A DNA stretch of 63,504 bases, the filler included. It is 9 parts of 9 records of this genome, joined end to end, with 100 filler letters (N's around TTAATTAATTAA, not from the genome) between each part and the next. Parts side by side here need not be neighbours in the genome. Positions count along the whole stretch, not along the records: positions 6,592 to 9,794 come from SRR20825010_5391; positions 9,895 to 26,701 come from SRR20825010_5394; 7 more parts are not named here. The stretch is one strand, 5' to 3'. Made by a program: the position numbers and the translations under genes. Shown here piece by piece: positions 8,662-18,572 of this stretch (within the stretch, counting starts at the first letter, position 1; every line of letters begins with the position of its first letter). The notes beneath the pieces are model-generated. The model was not told the DNA's origin. It saw only the letters and a program-made list of their open reading frames with translations, and did no database searches.

Positions 8662-9774
8662 TCAATTGCGGGGCGGCAGCAATGCCTTGATCAGTTCTTC
8701 CGTCAGCGCCGCGGCATAGCTCAGAGCGACGTCATCATCCTGACCCGCCCCGCTGCCGCCGGCGGCCATATCCAGTGATGCCGGAACCGCGAACATATCC
8801 CGTCCGTCAAAATACTTGTCGAAGAACCGCTTGTTGGCCAGCGTAAACCGCGCCGAAATTTCGGCGGCATTGCGGCTTCCGAGCCGGCCCCGTCGCAATT
8901 GCCCGATTTGAAGCAGGTTTTGCATTCGCGCGAGGTTTTCAGGATTCCATTCCGTCGTTGCGCCTTTGAAAAAGGGGACGCGCCGGTTCAGGTTCATGAT
9001 GGCGACCGCCTGCAATGCGGTCAGCGACTGATTGGCGCTCGTCTGGGAAAAATCGATCCCCTTGTGCGGTATTGATGAATCGATGGCCTCAAGGAAATCC
9101 TTGCGAATGTCGTTGTCGGCGAACAGGTCGCGATCATAGATGCGGAAATCACAATTCTCGCGTCCGAAAACGACGCTCCAATTGTCTGCGATAGCCTCGA
9201 AATTGAAGTAATAATTGTCGGGATTGACGCCGTCGTTCAGATAATCGTCCAGCGTTTTTTCGCAGTCGCGCAAAACATCGGTGCTATAGAGCGATGTCGC
9301 CATGGCGCACTGCTCCCTGAAATAACATATCACCCTGACGTCAGAGAAATGCGTCATCAGAAATTCGCGTAATTTCGCAAGATCAGAGCGTATCTTCATC
9401 CTGCTGTGGAGAAACTCGGACGTTATGATGAAGACATCATGTTCCAGCGCAGCAGCCTTGAATTCCGCCGCTGCCGCACGATCGAAGCCGGCAAAGTACC
9501 GGTTCTTGTCGTCCATCGTCCTCAAATTGGCTTCAAACGCCCACTTGTCGATATAGCTTTGAAAATACTCGCTTATATAAAAATTATTCTTTCCGCCAAA
9601 TTTCTCACTCAGAAATATCCCCCTTTTCGAGAAGACGGCGCGGTTGGAATAGAGCCATTCCTGCAGAAATGTCGTACCGGTTTTCTCGGTTCCGATATGA
9701 AGAACACACCGCAAAAGCCGCTCCCTGGTCCGCGGGCCCCCAAAATCGCCCTCTCGCAGAATAGCACAATTCAC
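8662..9774 (-). CDS. Sulfotransferase-like (P-loop fold) hypothetical protein
   Basis: LHIGTEKTGTTFLQ PAPS-loop-like motif, IITSEFL, VICYFREQ..S.YS; start uncertain. Confidence 0.6.
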   Translation of the reverse strand: MNCAILREGDFGGPRTRERLLRCVLHIGTEKTGTTFLQEWLYSNRAVFSKRGIFLSEKFGGKNNFYISEYFQSYIDKWAFEANLRTMDDKNRYFAGFDRAAAAEFKAAALEHDVFIITSEFLHSRMKIRSDLAKLREFLMTHFSDVRVICYFREQCAMATSLYSTDVLRDCEKTLDDYLNDGVNPDNYYFNFEAIADNWSVVFGRENCDFRIYDRDLFADNDIRKDFLEAIDSSIPHKGIDFSQTSANQSLTALQAVAIMNLNRRVPFFKGATTEWNPENLARMQNLLQIGQLRRGRLGSRNAAEISARFTLANKRFFDKYFDGRDMFAVPASLDMAAGGSGAGQDDDVALSYAAALTEELIKALLPPRN

Positions 9775-9794
9775 TCCAAGTTGGGCAATAACAT

Positions 9795-9894
9795 NNNNNN
9801 NNNNNNNNNNNNNNNNNNNNNNNNNNNNNNNNNNNNNNTTAATTAATTAANNNNNNNNNNNNNNNNNNNNNNNNNNNNNNNNNNNNNNNNNNNN
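9795..9894. other. Artificial contig linker
   Basis: N44-TTAATTAATTAA-N44. Confidence 0.99.
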
Positions 9895-10247
9895 ATATTG
9901 CCCTGGAGCAGGTGGCCGTCAGAGGGCGGGATCAGCCGTTCCAGAACAAGGTTTTCGCCTTTACGCGTCGCATCCGTATGCACCATCATGCGGTCGCCGG
10001 CGCGGGTCACCGGTCTGTCCGGTTCATCGGCCTGCGCGAACATCTGGCCGACGGTGATATCCAGTCCTCTGGCGATCTTCTGCAGCATATTGAGAGACGG
10101 GGTCGATTTGCCGTTTTCGATCTTCGATACCAGCGATTCCGAGCACCCCGCAGCCACGGCCAATTCCCGCAATGTCATGCCCTTCACCATCCGGGCATGG
10201 CGTATCTTGACGCCGATATTGGTCGAGAATTTTTCCTGATCCATCAT
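9895..10247 (-). CDS. XRE-family HTH regulator, probably with a cupin domain (3' truncated)
   Basis: IGVKIRHAR..KGMTLRELA...SESLVSKIENGKSTPSL HTH; GAGGAG RBS. Confidence 0.88.
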
Positions 10248-10262
10248 GCACTCCTCGTTTCA

Positions 10263-10303
10263 AACTTGAATGAAATTACAGAGGCATGAATTTATATCAA
10301 GTT
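10263..10303. promoter_or_regulatory. Imperfect inverted repeat, candidate operator/promoter of the XRE gene
   Basis: AACTTGAATGAAATT (10263-77) / AATTTATATCAAGTT (10289-303), 12 of 15 complementary. Confidence 0.4.
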
Positions 10304-10349
10304 CCCGCTCGTGTTTCCGGACTCCTTTTTTGGATCTGACGGCTGGCCG

Positions 10350-11363
10350 CTACAGGCCGGAGGCCGATTTGAATGTGGATGCGCAGTCTTCACGGCTGGC
10401 GCCGCTCGCCAGGACGAGTTGCAGCAAAAGCCGCGCCTTGAGTCCGTTCAGCCTGCCGGCGCTGATCAGGCCTTTCGACAGGAGGTCGATTTCGCCTCCC
10501 TTGAACCCATAGGTCTTGCTGAACACCGGCCCGTTTCCGGTACGGCTCGCGAGTACGATAGGCATGGTCTCCGCCAGTTTGCCGAGCGGATCTGACAGGA
10601 CCTCGGCGACATGGCCGGCGCCCATCGCCTCGATCACGACGCCTCGATAGCCAAGGCCGGGCAGGGCTTCCAGAAGCGCCGGCCCCTCGCCAAGCCCGAG
10701 CTTGATCAATGCAACGGGCGGCACGGCGGCGGCCGGGGTTGTGATTGCGGCCAAACGGCGTGGCGAAGGCGGCGCAAAGAAGAACGCCCGTCCCTCCATG
10801 ACCTCGCCGGCCGGGCCGGCAGCGCCAGAGGCGAAGGCCGAGCAAAGCCCGGTATGGGCCTTCACCACGACGTTGGCCGCGTGAACCCGATCGTCCATGA
10901 CCACCATCGCGCCGCGCGAACGTGCAGCATCGGCGGACGCGGTGATAACCGAGGCGAGAATATTGGCGGGGCCATCGGCGCCCGCTGCTTCCGGCCCGCG
11001 CATGGCGCCGGTCACGATGATCGGTGCGTCCTCGTCCCACATGCAATCGAGCGCGAAGGCGGTTTCCTCGATCGTGTCCGTTCCCTGAACCACGACGACG
11101 CCGGAAGCGCCGCCTTCCACCGCCTCCTTCGCGGTTCGCGCCACGTCGCCGAGTTGTTCGAGCGTCAGTGAGGCGCCAGGGATTTTGAACGGCGACAGCG
11201 GCTCGACCTCGGCAATCTTGCCGAGACCCGGCACGGCGTCGATCAGTGCCTGTGCGGCAAGCTTCGGCGTGATGCCGCCGCTTGCGTCGGCGGTCATCGT
11301 GATCGTGCCGCCAAGCACGATCAGCGTGACCTTCGCTGCGGTCCTTTGAACCTCGTTACCCAT
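10350..11363 (-). CDS. Asparaginase/glutaminase-family amidohydrolase
   Basis: LGGTITM, QGTDTIEETA, VTGAMR, DGPANI, KARLLL motifs. Confidence 0.92.
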   Translation of the reverse strand: MGNEVQRTAAKVTLIVLGGTITMTADASGGITPKLAAQALIDAVPGLGKIAEVEPLSPFKIPGASLTLEQLGDVARTAKEAVEGGASGVVVVQGTDTIEETAFALDCMWDEDAPIIVTGAMRGPEAAGADGPANILASVITASADAARSRGAMVVMDDRVHAANVVVKAHTGLCSAFASGAAGPAGEVMEGRAFFFAPPSPRRLAAITTPAAAVPPVALIKLGLGEGPALLEALPGLGYRGVVIEAMGAGHVAEVLSDPLGKLAETMPIVLASRTGNGPVFSKTYGFKGGEIDLLSKGLISAGRLNGLKARLLLQLVLASGASREDCASTFKSASGL

Positions 11364-12877
11364 CAACTGTACCTTTTCTCGCCGGTGTCGTCGTCGAACC
11401 AGTCGAACGGCGTTTCAGAGAGGTTGGCCACGACGCTTTGCACCTTGGTGTAGGATTCATAGCAGGCGATGCCGTTTTCCTTGCCAAGGCCGCTGTCCTT
11501 GAAGCCGCCCCAGGGGGAGGCCGGGTCCACCCTGTGGTGGTCGTTGATCCAGACGATCCCGGCCTCGATCCGGCTTGCCACGCGATGGCCTTTTGCGCCG
11601 TTGCGGGTCCACACGCTGGCCGCCAGTCCGAACTGGGTGCTGTTGGCAAGTGCGATCGCCTGTTCTTCGCTGTCGAAGGGGATGACGCAGACGACGGGGC
11701 CGAAAATCTCTTCCTGCGCGATGCGCATGTCGTTGCGCACATCGCAGAAGATCGTCGGGGTGTAGAAATAGCCGCCCTCAAGCTCCGGGTTTTCGGGGCG
11801 TCTGCCGCCGGCGGCAAGCGTTGCACCCTCTGCCTTGCCGATCTCGACATATTTCTCGACGAGATCACGCTGTTTGGCGGAGATCATCGGCCCCATCTGG
11901 GTGGCGGGGTCTTCGGGGCGGCCGATGCGGATCGCGTTGGCGCGTTCCACCAGTCCGGCGAGCACTTCGTCGTAGACGGTGCGCTCTACCAGGAGCCGCG
12001 CGCCCTGCACGCAGGTCTGGCCGGCCGCGATGAAAGAGGCAAAGAGTGCGGCCGGAACGGCCTGGTCCGCCATGTCCTCGAAGATCAGCACGGACGCCTT
12101 GCCGCCGAGTTCGGCGGAGACCGGAATGAGGTTCCTGCCGGCATTCGCGGCAACCACGCGGCCGGTTTCTGTGCCGCCTGTCAGATCGATCTTGGCGATG
12201 CGCGGATGGTTGGTCAGCGCCGCGCCTGCGGTGGCGCCGAAACCCGGAACGACATTGTAGACGCCCTTCGGCAGACCGGCCTGTTCCAGCACTTCCGCCA
12301 GCATCAGCGGTGTGAGCGGGGCAAGCTCGCTCGGCTTGACCACCATGGTATTGCCGGCGGCAAGCGCCGGGGCGACCTTCTTGGTGAGGATCAGAAGCGG
12401 ATGGTTCCAGGGCGTCACCAGCCCGACCACGCCGAGCGGCTTGCGCACGGTATAATTGAGATGGCTCTTGCCGAACGGGTGAACGGCGCCTTCATGGGTG
12501 CGGGCGACGGCTGCGAAATAAGAATACCATTCCGGCAACCGCTGCAACTGAGCCTTCATCTCGCGCACCGGCCGGCCGGTCTGGGCAACCTCGATATCGA
12601 TGAAAGCGGGCAGCCGCTCCGCTAGGATCTCGGCGGCGCGATTGAGAATGCGCGCGCGGACATCCGGCCCCATGGCGCCCCAGGTTTCAAAGGCGGCTTC
12701 GGCCGCCTGCACGGCGCGTTCGATATCATCCTCCGCACCCTCGGCGACGGTTGCGACGAGCGCGCCGGTGGCAGGGTTTTCGACCGGGAAGGTCTTGCCG
12801 CTCGAAGCCGGTTCGAACTTGCCGTCGATGAAGAGGTCGAGATGGATTGTTTCGCTCTTTGCAGCCATTGCAGTCAT
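11363..12877 (-). CDS. NAD(P)-dependent aldehyde dehydrogenase
   Basis: TPWNHP, KPSE, TGGTETG, ELGGK, GQTC catalytic Cys, EEIFGPV, PWGGFKDSG. Confidence 0.95.
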   Translation of the reverse strand: MTAMAAKSETIHLDLFIDGKFEPASSGKTFPVENPATGALVATVAEGAEDDIERAVQAAEAAFETWGAMGPDVRARILNRAAEILAERLPAFIDIEVAQTGRPVREMKAQLQRLPEWYSYFAAVARTHEGAVHPFGKSHLNYTVRKPLGVVGLVTPWNHPLLILTKKVAPALAAGNTMVVKPSELAPLTPLMLAEVLEQAGLPKGVYNVVPGFGATAGAALTNHPRIAKIDLTGGTETGRVVAANAGRNLIPVSAELGGKASVLIFEDMADQAVPAALFASFIAAGQTCVQGARLLVERTVYDEVLAGLVERANAIRIGRPEDPATQMGPMISAKQRDLVEKYVEIGKAEGATLAAGGRRPENPELEGGYFYTPTIFCDVRNDMRIAQEEIFGPVVCVIPFDSEEQAIALANSTQFGLAASVWTRNGAKGHRVASRIEAGIVWINDHHRVDPASPWGGFKDSGLGKENGIACYESYTKVQSVVANLSETPFDWFDDDTGEKRYS

Positions 12878-13785
12878 CAGTCTTTTCCTTTGGCTCCGAT
12901 CTCGGCGAGATACCAGTCGAGGATTTCCTCACCCGTCCACATCTGCACCCCTTCATGACCGAGGATGTGATCATAGAGCATTTCGAGATACTTGATCCGG
13001 TGGGGCGCGCCGGTCAGATAGGGGTGGATCGAGATCGCCATGATCCGGGGCGTCGTCGCTCCGTCCTGCCACAGCCGCTCGAAATGATCCTTGCCGCGGC
13101 GATATATCTCGTCGGACGGCTGACCCTGAACGGCGGTCATCACGACATCGTTGATCTCGACGGTATAGGGAACAGATGTCAGCCGCCCGGAGCGGGTCCT
13201 GATCGGCACCGGCTGGTCGTCGAGCACCCAGTCGGCGACATATTCGATCCCGGCCTCGGCCAGCAGGTCAGCAGTTTCGTCGGTCTCGGTGATGCCGGGG
13301 CTTTCCCAGCCGCGCGGGGCCTTGCCGGAAAAGGCGCGGATCGCGTCCATGGTCTTGGCGATCGCTTCGGCCTGATCATCGACCTTGTGCATCGGTTTCT
13401 GGTGAAAGCCATGGCCCATGAATTCCCAGCCAGCGGACAGGGCGGCTTCGGCGGCCTGCGGATAGGTGTCGATGGCTGAACCGTTGATCGCCAGCGTTGC
13501 CTTCAGGTCGCGCGATTTCAGCGCATCGAGAAAGCGCCAGAAGCCCACCCGCATGCCATATTCGTGCCAGGCCCAGTTGGGAACGTCGGGCAGCATCGGG
13601 ACGCCCATGGGCGGGGGAAGGACCGCCCGCGGCATCGCCGCTGCAGGGTTCCAGGCCTCGACGTTGACAATCGTCCACACCGCGACGCGCGCGCCGTTGG
13701 GGAGGCTGAGAGGAGGGCGGTCCGTGATCGGGCGGTAGGGCACGCGTTCGCGTACCGATGCGCCGAGCCTGTCTGCCTCTGTCAT
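12877..13785 (-). CDS. Polysaccharide-deacetylase-fold (CE4, PuuE-like) hydrolase
   Basis: LPNGARVAVW..VNVE, EYGMRVGFWR, WEFMGHG, PRGWESPG, PYT.EIND, ISIHPYLTG.PHR. Confidence 0.88.
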   Translation of the reverse strand: MTEADRLGASVRERVPYRPITDRPPLSLPNGARVAVWTIVNVEAWNPAAAMPRAVLPPPMGVPMLPDVPNWAWHEYGMRVGFWRFLDALKSRDLKATLAINGSAIDTYPQAAEAALSAGWEFMGHGFHQKPMHKVDDQAEAIAKTMDAIRAFSGKAPRGWESPGITETDETADLLAEAGIEYVADWVLDDQPVPIRTRSGRLTSVPYTVEINDVVMTAVQGQPSDEIYRRGKDHFERLWQDGATTPRIMAISIHPYLTGAPHRIKYLEMLYDHILGHEGVQMWTGEEILDWYLAEIGAKGKD

Positions 13786-13902
13786 CTCAAAACTCCCTTC
13801 CTGTCGTCTGTGATATATTAGATATTAAATACCGTCTGCTTGTCAAAGGCTTTTTGAGCCACTAAACTTTTGCCCACCTTGAAGCGCATGAAAGCGCGGG
13901 AC

Positions 13903-14631
13903 ATGAATTGGGATGGAAACGTGAAAAAACTCGGACTTCAGAAGCATGTGCAGGTCAGCCGCGCGGAGGCTGTGCGCGAAGCGCTCAGAGATGCCATCCT
14001 GTCAGGCCTGCTGCCGCCCGGCGAGCGTCTCAATCTGGACGAGATCGCCGAGGAGTTCGAGGTCAGCCGCATGCCGGTGCGCGATGCGGTGCGCCAGTTG
14101 GAGACGGAAGGTCTTGTGAAGGTGTTCCCCTACAAGGGGGTCGAGGTTTCCGCGCTGACCATCGGCCAGCTCGAGGAACTCTTCACCTTGCGCAGCGCGC
14201 TTGAGCAGGTCGCGATAGAACGCGCCGTACCGCGCCTTTCCAAGGCGAGCCTTGCCGAGGCGCGCAGGATTCTCGAAAAGATCGATGCGCTGGAAGACCG
14301 CACCGCGCGCTGGCTGGAACTGAACGCACGGTTCCACCACAAGCTCAACGAGGCCTGTGGCTGGACGCGGCTTCTGGAAATGATCGACACGCTGCGCAGC
14401 AATGCCGACCGCTATGTCAGGACCTACGTTTCCAGCGCTGGCCTGACCGTTTCCCAGCAACAGCACTGGGCGCTTCTGGAGGCCTGCGAGGCCGGCGATG
14501 CGGCGGCCGCCAGGAAGGTCATCGACGCCCATCTGATGGGAACCGCCGAAAGCCTTATCGCGATTCTGCAGCAAAACGGCGGCGAGACCGCGACCGCTCC
14601 GGCAAAGTTGAAAGACTTCGCTACCGACTAG
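13903..14631 (+). CDS. GntR/FCD-family transcriptional regulator
   Basis: LRDAILSG..PGERL...IAEEFEVSRMPVRDA HTH plus FCD C-terminus; divergent from the PuuE operon; start uncertain. Confidence 0.92.
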   Translation: MNWDGNVKKLGLQKHVQVSRAEAVREALRDAILSGLLPPGERLNLDEIAEEFEVSRMPVRDAVRQLETEGLVKVFPYKGVEVSALTIGQLEELFTLRSALEQVAIERAVPRLSKASLAEARRILEKIDALEDRTARWLELNARFHHKLNEACGWTRLLEMIDTLRSNADRYVRTYVSSAGLTVSQQQHWALLEACEAGDAAAARKVIDAHLMGTAESLIAILQQNGGETATAPAKLKDFATD

Positions 14632-14772
14632 GCTTCCGGGTCGCGGCCCGCTTCAGCGAGGCGCCCGTGGAGGGCGCGAGCCCGGCTTTCAGGAGCGGCG
14701 CGACCGGGTTCGGCCCAATCGCGGACGGCGTTGCCTATCTTCGGTCTGTAGCGTCAGGAAAGCGCCGGCGCA

Positions 14773-15402
14773 TCAGATCCGATGCATGGCCTCGATTAAC
14801 AGCTTCGCTTTCTGCGCGACGTCGGCAACGTCCATGCCGGGCTTGTAGAGCGCCCCGCCAATGCCGAAACCGGATGCGCCGGCCCTGGCATAGGCTTCCA
14901 TGTTTTCCGGCGTCACGCCGCCGACGGCGAAGACCGGGATTTCTTTCGGCAAGACCGCTTTCCACGCCTTGATGACGACCGGCGGAATGGCCTCGGCGGG
15001 GAAGGCCTTGACGCCGGCGGCGCCAGCCGCGATGGCGGCGAAGGCTTCCGTGGGCGTTGCAACGCCGGGCAGGCTGATCATGGCTCTTGCGGCTGTCGCT
15101 TCGATCACCGCCGGGTTTGCGTTGGGCGAGATGATCACCCTCGCACCGGTCGCTGCGACATCGGCGACTTGCGCTGGCGTCAGTACGGTGCCGGCCCCGA
15201 TCAGCGCGCGGTCACCGAAACGAGCCTGCAGCTTTTCGATGCTCCTGAGCGGATCGGGCGAATTGAGCGGCACTTCGATGATGCGCCAGCCGGCCTCGAT
15301 CAGCGCTTCGCCGACCGGCTCTGCCTCGTCGGGTCTGATGCCGCGCAGAATTGCGATCAGATTGCATGCTTTCAGCGCTTCGGTGAAATTCATCGCGTTC
15401 AT
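14773..15402 (-). CDS. dgoA: 2-dehydro-3-deoxy-6-phosphogalactonate aldolase
   Basis: LIAILRGI.P, IEVPLNSP, IGAGTV, PGVATPTEAF, KAFPAE; adjacent to dgoK. Confidence 0.92.
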   Translation of the reverse strand: MNAMNFTEALKACNLIAILRGIRPDEAEPVGEALIEAGWRIIEVPLNSPDPLRSIEKLQARFGDRALIGAGTVLTPAQVADVAATGARVIISPNANPAVIEATAARAMISLPGVATPTEAFAAIAAGAAGVKAFPAEAIPPVVIKAWKAVLPKEIPVFAVGGVTPENMEAYARAGASGFGIGGALYKPGMDVADVAQKAKLLIEAMHRI

Positions 15403-16340
15403 TCCTGTTCCGTCGATTGCAGTTTGCCGGTGATGCGTTGGACGCCGAGGGTTGCGGCGTCCTCGGGCCCCGGCTTGATCTCCAAGTCAAAAAGCGGCGC
15501 GATGCGCCCGTAGCGCAGGGTCAGCGCCGTGTTGCCGATGATGCCGATCGCTTCTCCCGGATGCAGCCATCCGGCAGCCCGCGCCTGCCGGAATTCCGAG
15601 CCGATGAGGAGGCCCGAGACGTAATCGGCGATGTCTTCGGGCTGAAGGGCGCCTGCCAGAATGCCGCTGCGGGCGCTGAAGACTGCGGAAAGCAGGGCAT
15701 CGGCGGCGGGTTCGTCGCCTGCCGCAAATTCCGCCCCGCGATCGAAGGCGGACCAGATTGGCGCGCTGCCGGGAGCGCGCTCGGCGGCGCGCGCGATGAA
15801 GGAATGCCGGGTCAAAAGCGCGAATATTTCTCCGGTGGCAAAGGTCTGGAACGCGGCGATACGACCGTTTTCAATACGCGCCCACTTGCTGTGGGTGCCG
15901 GGCAGCACCAGCGTGCGGTCCTCGGCAAGGCCATAGCCGACGATCTGCGTTTCCTCGCCGCGCATGACATCGGGAAACGGCTTTGCCGCCGGGTCGCGCA
16001 TGCCGGGCAGGAAGGTCATGGCCGCGCCGTTTTGCAGCGTGATGCGCTTCGCGCCAGCGGCAAGCTCCGCTGGGCCTGCCGGCGCATCGACATAGGGCAC
16101 CTCGATCCAGCCGCTGCGGCTGGTGATCATGCCGCTGGCAACGACCGGGAAGGGGTCGCGTTCAGCAAACCACGCGCCGATCGTCGCCATAAGCGCCGCC
16201 TCGAACGCGCCGCCTTCCACGAACTGGATGCCGCCGCCCTGGCTTTCGCGTCTGTCCAGCACAAGCCCGTCGGACGAAAGCAGTGTGGCGCGGAGCGAAC
16301 TGGTGCCCCAGTCGAGAATGGCGGTGACGGTATGGGTCAT
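15399..16340 (-). CDS. dgoK: 2-dehydro-3-deoxygalactonokinase
   Basis: DWGTSSLRA, GMITSRSGW.EVPY, DVMRGEETQ, LPGTHSKW, TGE, SGLLIGSE. Confidence 0.93.
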   Translation of the reverse strand: MTHTVTAILDWGTSSLRATLLSSDGLVLDRRESQGGGIQFVEGGAFEAALMATIGAWFAERDPFPVVASGMITSRSGWIEVPYVDAPAGPAELAAGAKRITLQNGAAMTFLPGMRDPAAKPFPDVMRGEETQIVGYGLAEDRTLVLPGTHSKWARIENGRIAAFQTFATGEIFALLTRHSFIARAAERAPGSAPIWSAFDRGAEFAAGDEPAADALLSAVFSARSGILAGALQPEDIADYVSGLLIGSEFRQARAAGWLHPGEAIGIIGNTALTLRYGRIAPLFDLEIKPGPEDAATLGVQRITGKLQSTEQE

Positions 16341-16484
16341 GCGGTCGGTCTCATTTCCGGGCAAGGGCGTTTCGCGATTTCACGGAAGCGCCGGTCTTGG
16401 CGCATTTCGCGTCGAAGAAATAGCAGCCTGCAAAAGACTGCATCGCAAAATCACGCCATTTATGTATGATCTTTTATTTGATTT

Positions 16485-17273
16485 CTAGTCACTTTGTTGC
16501 GTTTTTGGGGCGAGCCGCGTCCGGCGCAGCGCGTCGGTCATCTCGCTTCTGGCGACGCCGATGAGTTGTTCCATGGCGTGGCGCGCGGCGTCCGGCCGGC
16601 GCATCCTGATCGCTTCAAGCACATCCTGATGAGCGAGGATCGCCTGCTCATGGGATTGGCTGGCGCGGTTCGTCAGACGAAAGCTCGCCAGAAGCGCTGC
16701 TCGGATGGCGCTGGCGAACTGGCGATAGACCCAGTTGCCGCTGGCGTTGATGATTGCGGTGTGGAATTCGAGGTCGGCCCGGCTCCACGCCTCATTGTCG
16801 CGCGCGTTGGCCTCGACCATATCCTCGAACGCCTTTGCGATCTGGTAAAGCTGTCTGGCATTGGCATTGGCGGCCGCCTGCGCCGCCGCTGCGGGCTCGA
16901 GAAGCTGTCGGGCGTCGATCAGCGATGAATAGAAAGAATCGTCCGCTCCGACGGCCAGCATGACGTCGAGCACGATCGGATCGAGATAGTTCCAGTTTTC
17001 CCGCGGCAATACGATGGTGCCGGCGCGGGTGCGGGAGCGCACCATGCCGAGGGCGGAAAGATACTGCATGGATTCGCGCAGGCTGGTGCGGCTGACCCCG
17101 AACCGTTCCGTCAGTTCCACCTCGTTGGGCAGGGTTGCGCTCTCCGGAAATGTGCCGGAAACGATCAATTCAACGAGGGACTGCAGCAGCGCCTCCCGTA
17201 CGCTGCGCTTGCCGCGCTGGGCGATCGGCGCGCCGTCTTCCGTCAGGATTTGGGTCATTGCTTCGCTTTTCAC
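16485..17273 (-). CDS. FadR/GntR-family regulator (DgoR-like)
   Basis: LPNEVELTERFGVSRTSLRE, GT.V.PRENWNYLD, ADLEFH..II.ASGN; sits within the dgo cluster. Confidence 0.9.
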   Translation of the reverse strand: MKSEAMTQILTEDGAPIAQRGKRSVREALLQSLVELIVSGTFPESATLPNEVELTERFGVSRTSLRESMQYLSALGMVRSRTRAGTIVLPRENWNYLDPIVLDVMLAVGADDSFYSSLIDARQLLEPAAAAQAAANANARQLYQIAKAFEDMVEANARDNEAWSRADLEFHTAIINASGNWVYRQFASAIRAALLASFRLTNRASQSHEQAILAHQDVLEAIRMRRPDAARHAMEQLIGVARSEMTDALRRTRLAPKTQQSD

Positions 17274-17418
17274 TGGTTCCCCTTGGTTGCGAGATGCCGT
17301 GATTCCTGAGCGCTTCTCTTGCCGAGTGCTTCAGGCAGGCTTCGTTCCCGCTTTCATTGTGGGTAATATGATAGATATGGCTTCTTCATTCAAATTGAAA
17401 AATAAATCATATTTATAA

Positions 17419-17447
17419 TTGACATTGATCGGACGTATTATAAGTAT
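17419..17447 (+). promoter_or_regulatory. Putative promoter of the sugar ABC operon
   Basis: TTGACA at 17419-24 followed by TATTATAAGTAT in an AT-rich divergent intergenic region. Confidence 0.4.
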
Positions 17448-17505
17448 CGTGCCGCCGGGATGGCAACGGCCTCCGGCAGGGAAAACGTCCACAGGGAGGA
17501 GCACA

Positions 17506-18477
17506 ATGAAGCTCATCATCAAGGCGGCCTTGTTGGCTGCCGCCGCATTGTCGAGTGCGACAGCCGCTTCGGCGCAGGAAGACCTCAAGGTCGGCGCGAT
17601 CTACATGGATGCGCAGGGATTTTATGCCGGTGTCCGCAAGGGCATCCAGGACGGCGCGGAAGATGCCGGCCGCAATCTCGTCATCGTCGAAACCAACGCC
17701 CAGGGCGATGTCAGCAAGGAATCCTCCTTCATTGACTCGCTGATTTCCGCCGATGTCGAGGCGATCATCGTATCGCCGGTCTCCGCTGACGGCTCCTATC
17801 GCGCGATCCGTCGGGCCCACGACGCCGGCATTCCGGTGGTCTGCTACAATACCTGCCTCAACGAACAGGACATGAAGGAATACATCTCCGCCTATGCTGT
17901 CGGCGACCCTTATGACTTCGGTCACAAGCTCGGCGATGCCGCGGCCGATTACTTCATTGCGGAAGGTAATGATGCGCCCAAGATCGCCGTGCTGAACTGC
18001 GAGTTCGTCGAAGTCTGCATCACTCGCAGAGAGGGTTTCGAGGCAGCGCTGATGGCCAAGGTGCCGGGCGCCGAGATCGTGGCCAACCAGGAAGGCGCCA
18101 CCCTCGACAAGGCCGTTTCGGTCGCCACCACCATGCTGACCTCCAATCCTGATGTCGACGCCTTCTTCGGCGAGGCCGGCGGCGCCACGCTCGGGGCCGC
18201 GCGCGCCGTGCGTTCGCAGGGCAGGGAAGGCGAGGTCGTCGTTTTCGGTGGCGACATGACCACCGAAATCGCCCAGGAACTTGCCGATTTCACGGTTATC
18301 AAGGGCGTTGTCGATATCTCCGGCCAGGGCCTTGGCAAGCTTGCGCTGGCGCAGGCGATCAACTCGATCGATGGCACGCCGCCCGAAGGCATCAGGGTGC
18401 CGTATGATATCGATCTCTACCAGTCGTCGGAAGATGGCAAGGCCTGGCTCGAGGCGCATGCCGACGGCATTCCGTGA
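17506..18477 (+). CDS. Sugar ABC transporter substrate-binding protein, YphF-like
   Basis: Signal peptide; GAIYMDAQGFYAGVR, ETNAQGD.SKES, GIPV.CYNTC, NCE..EVC..RR.GFE, VVDISG, DGK.WL..H.DG.P closely resemble E. coli YphF as recalled; GGAGGAG RBS. Confidence 0.92.
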   Translation: MKLIIKAALLAAAALSSATAASAQEDLKVGAIYMDAQGFYAGVRKGIQDGAEDAGRNLVIVETNAQGDVSKESSFIDSLISADVEAIIVSPVSADGSYRAIRRAHDAGIPVVCYNTCLNEQDMKEYISAYAVGDPYDFGHKLGDAAADYFIAEGNDAPKIAVLNCEFVEVCITRREGFEAALMAKVPGAEIVANQEGATLDKAVSVATTMLTSNPDVDAFFGEAGGATLGAARAVRSQGREGEVVVFGGDMTTEIAQELADFTVIKGVVDISGQGLGKLALAQAINSIDGTPPEGIRVPYDIDLYQSSEDGKAWLEAHADGIP

Positions 18478-18528
18478 TCGACAGTCCGGCCCAATCTGAC
18501 TGCTGACATGCAGCCGGGCAAACATCGA

Positions 18529-18553
18529 GATGCCGCCGCAACCCGGCGGCATC
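18529..18553 (+). other. Intercistronic stem-loop after the SBP gene
   Basis: GATGCCGCCG-caacc-CGGCGGCATC perfect 10-bp stem with no U tract; typical mRNA-stabilising element. Confidence 0.6.
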
Positions 18554-18572
18554 GCCATCAACGGGAAGATCA

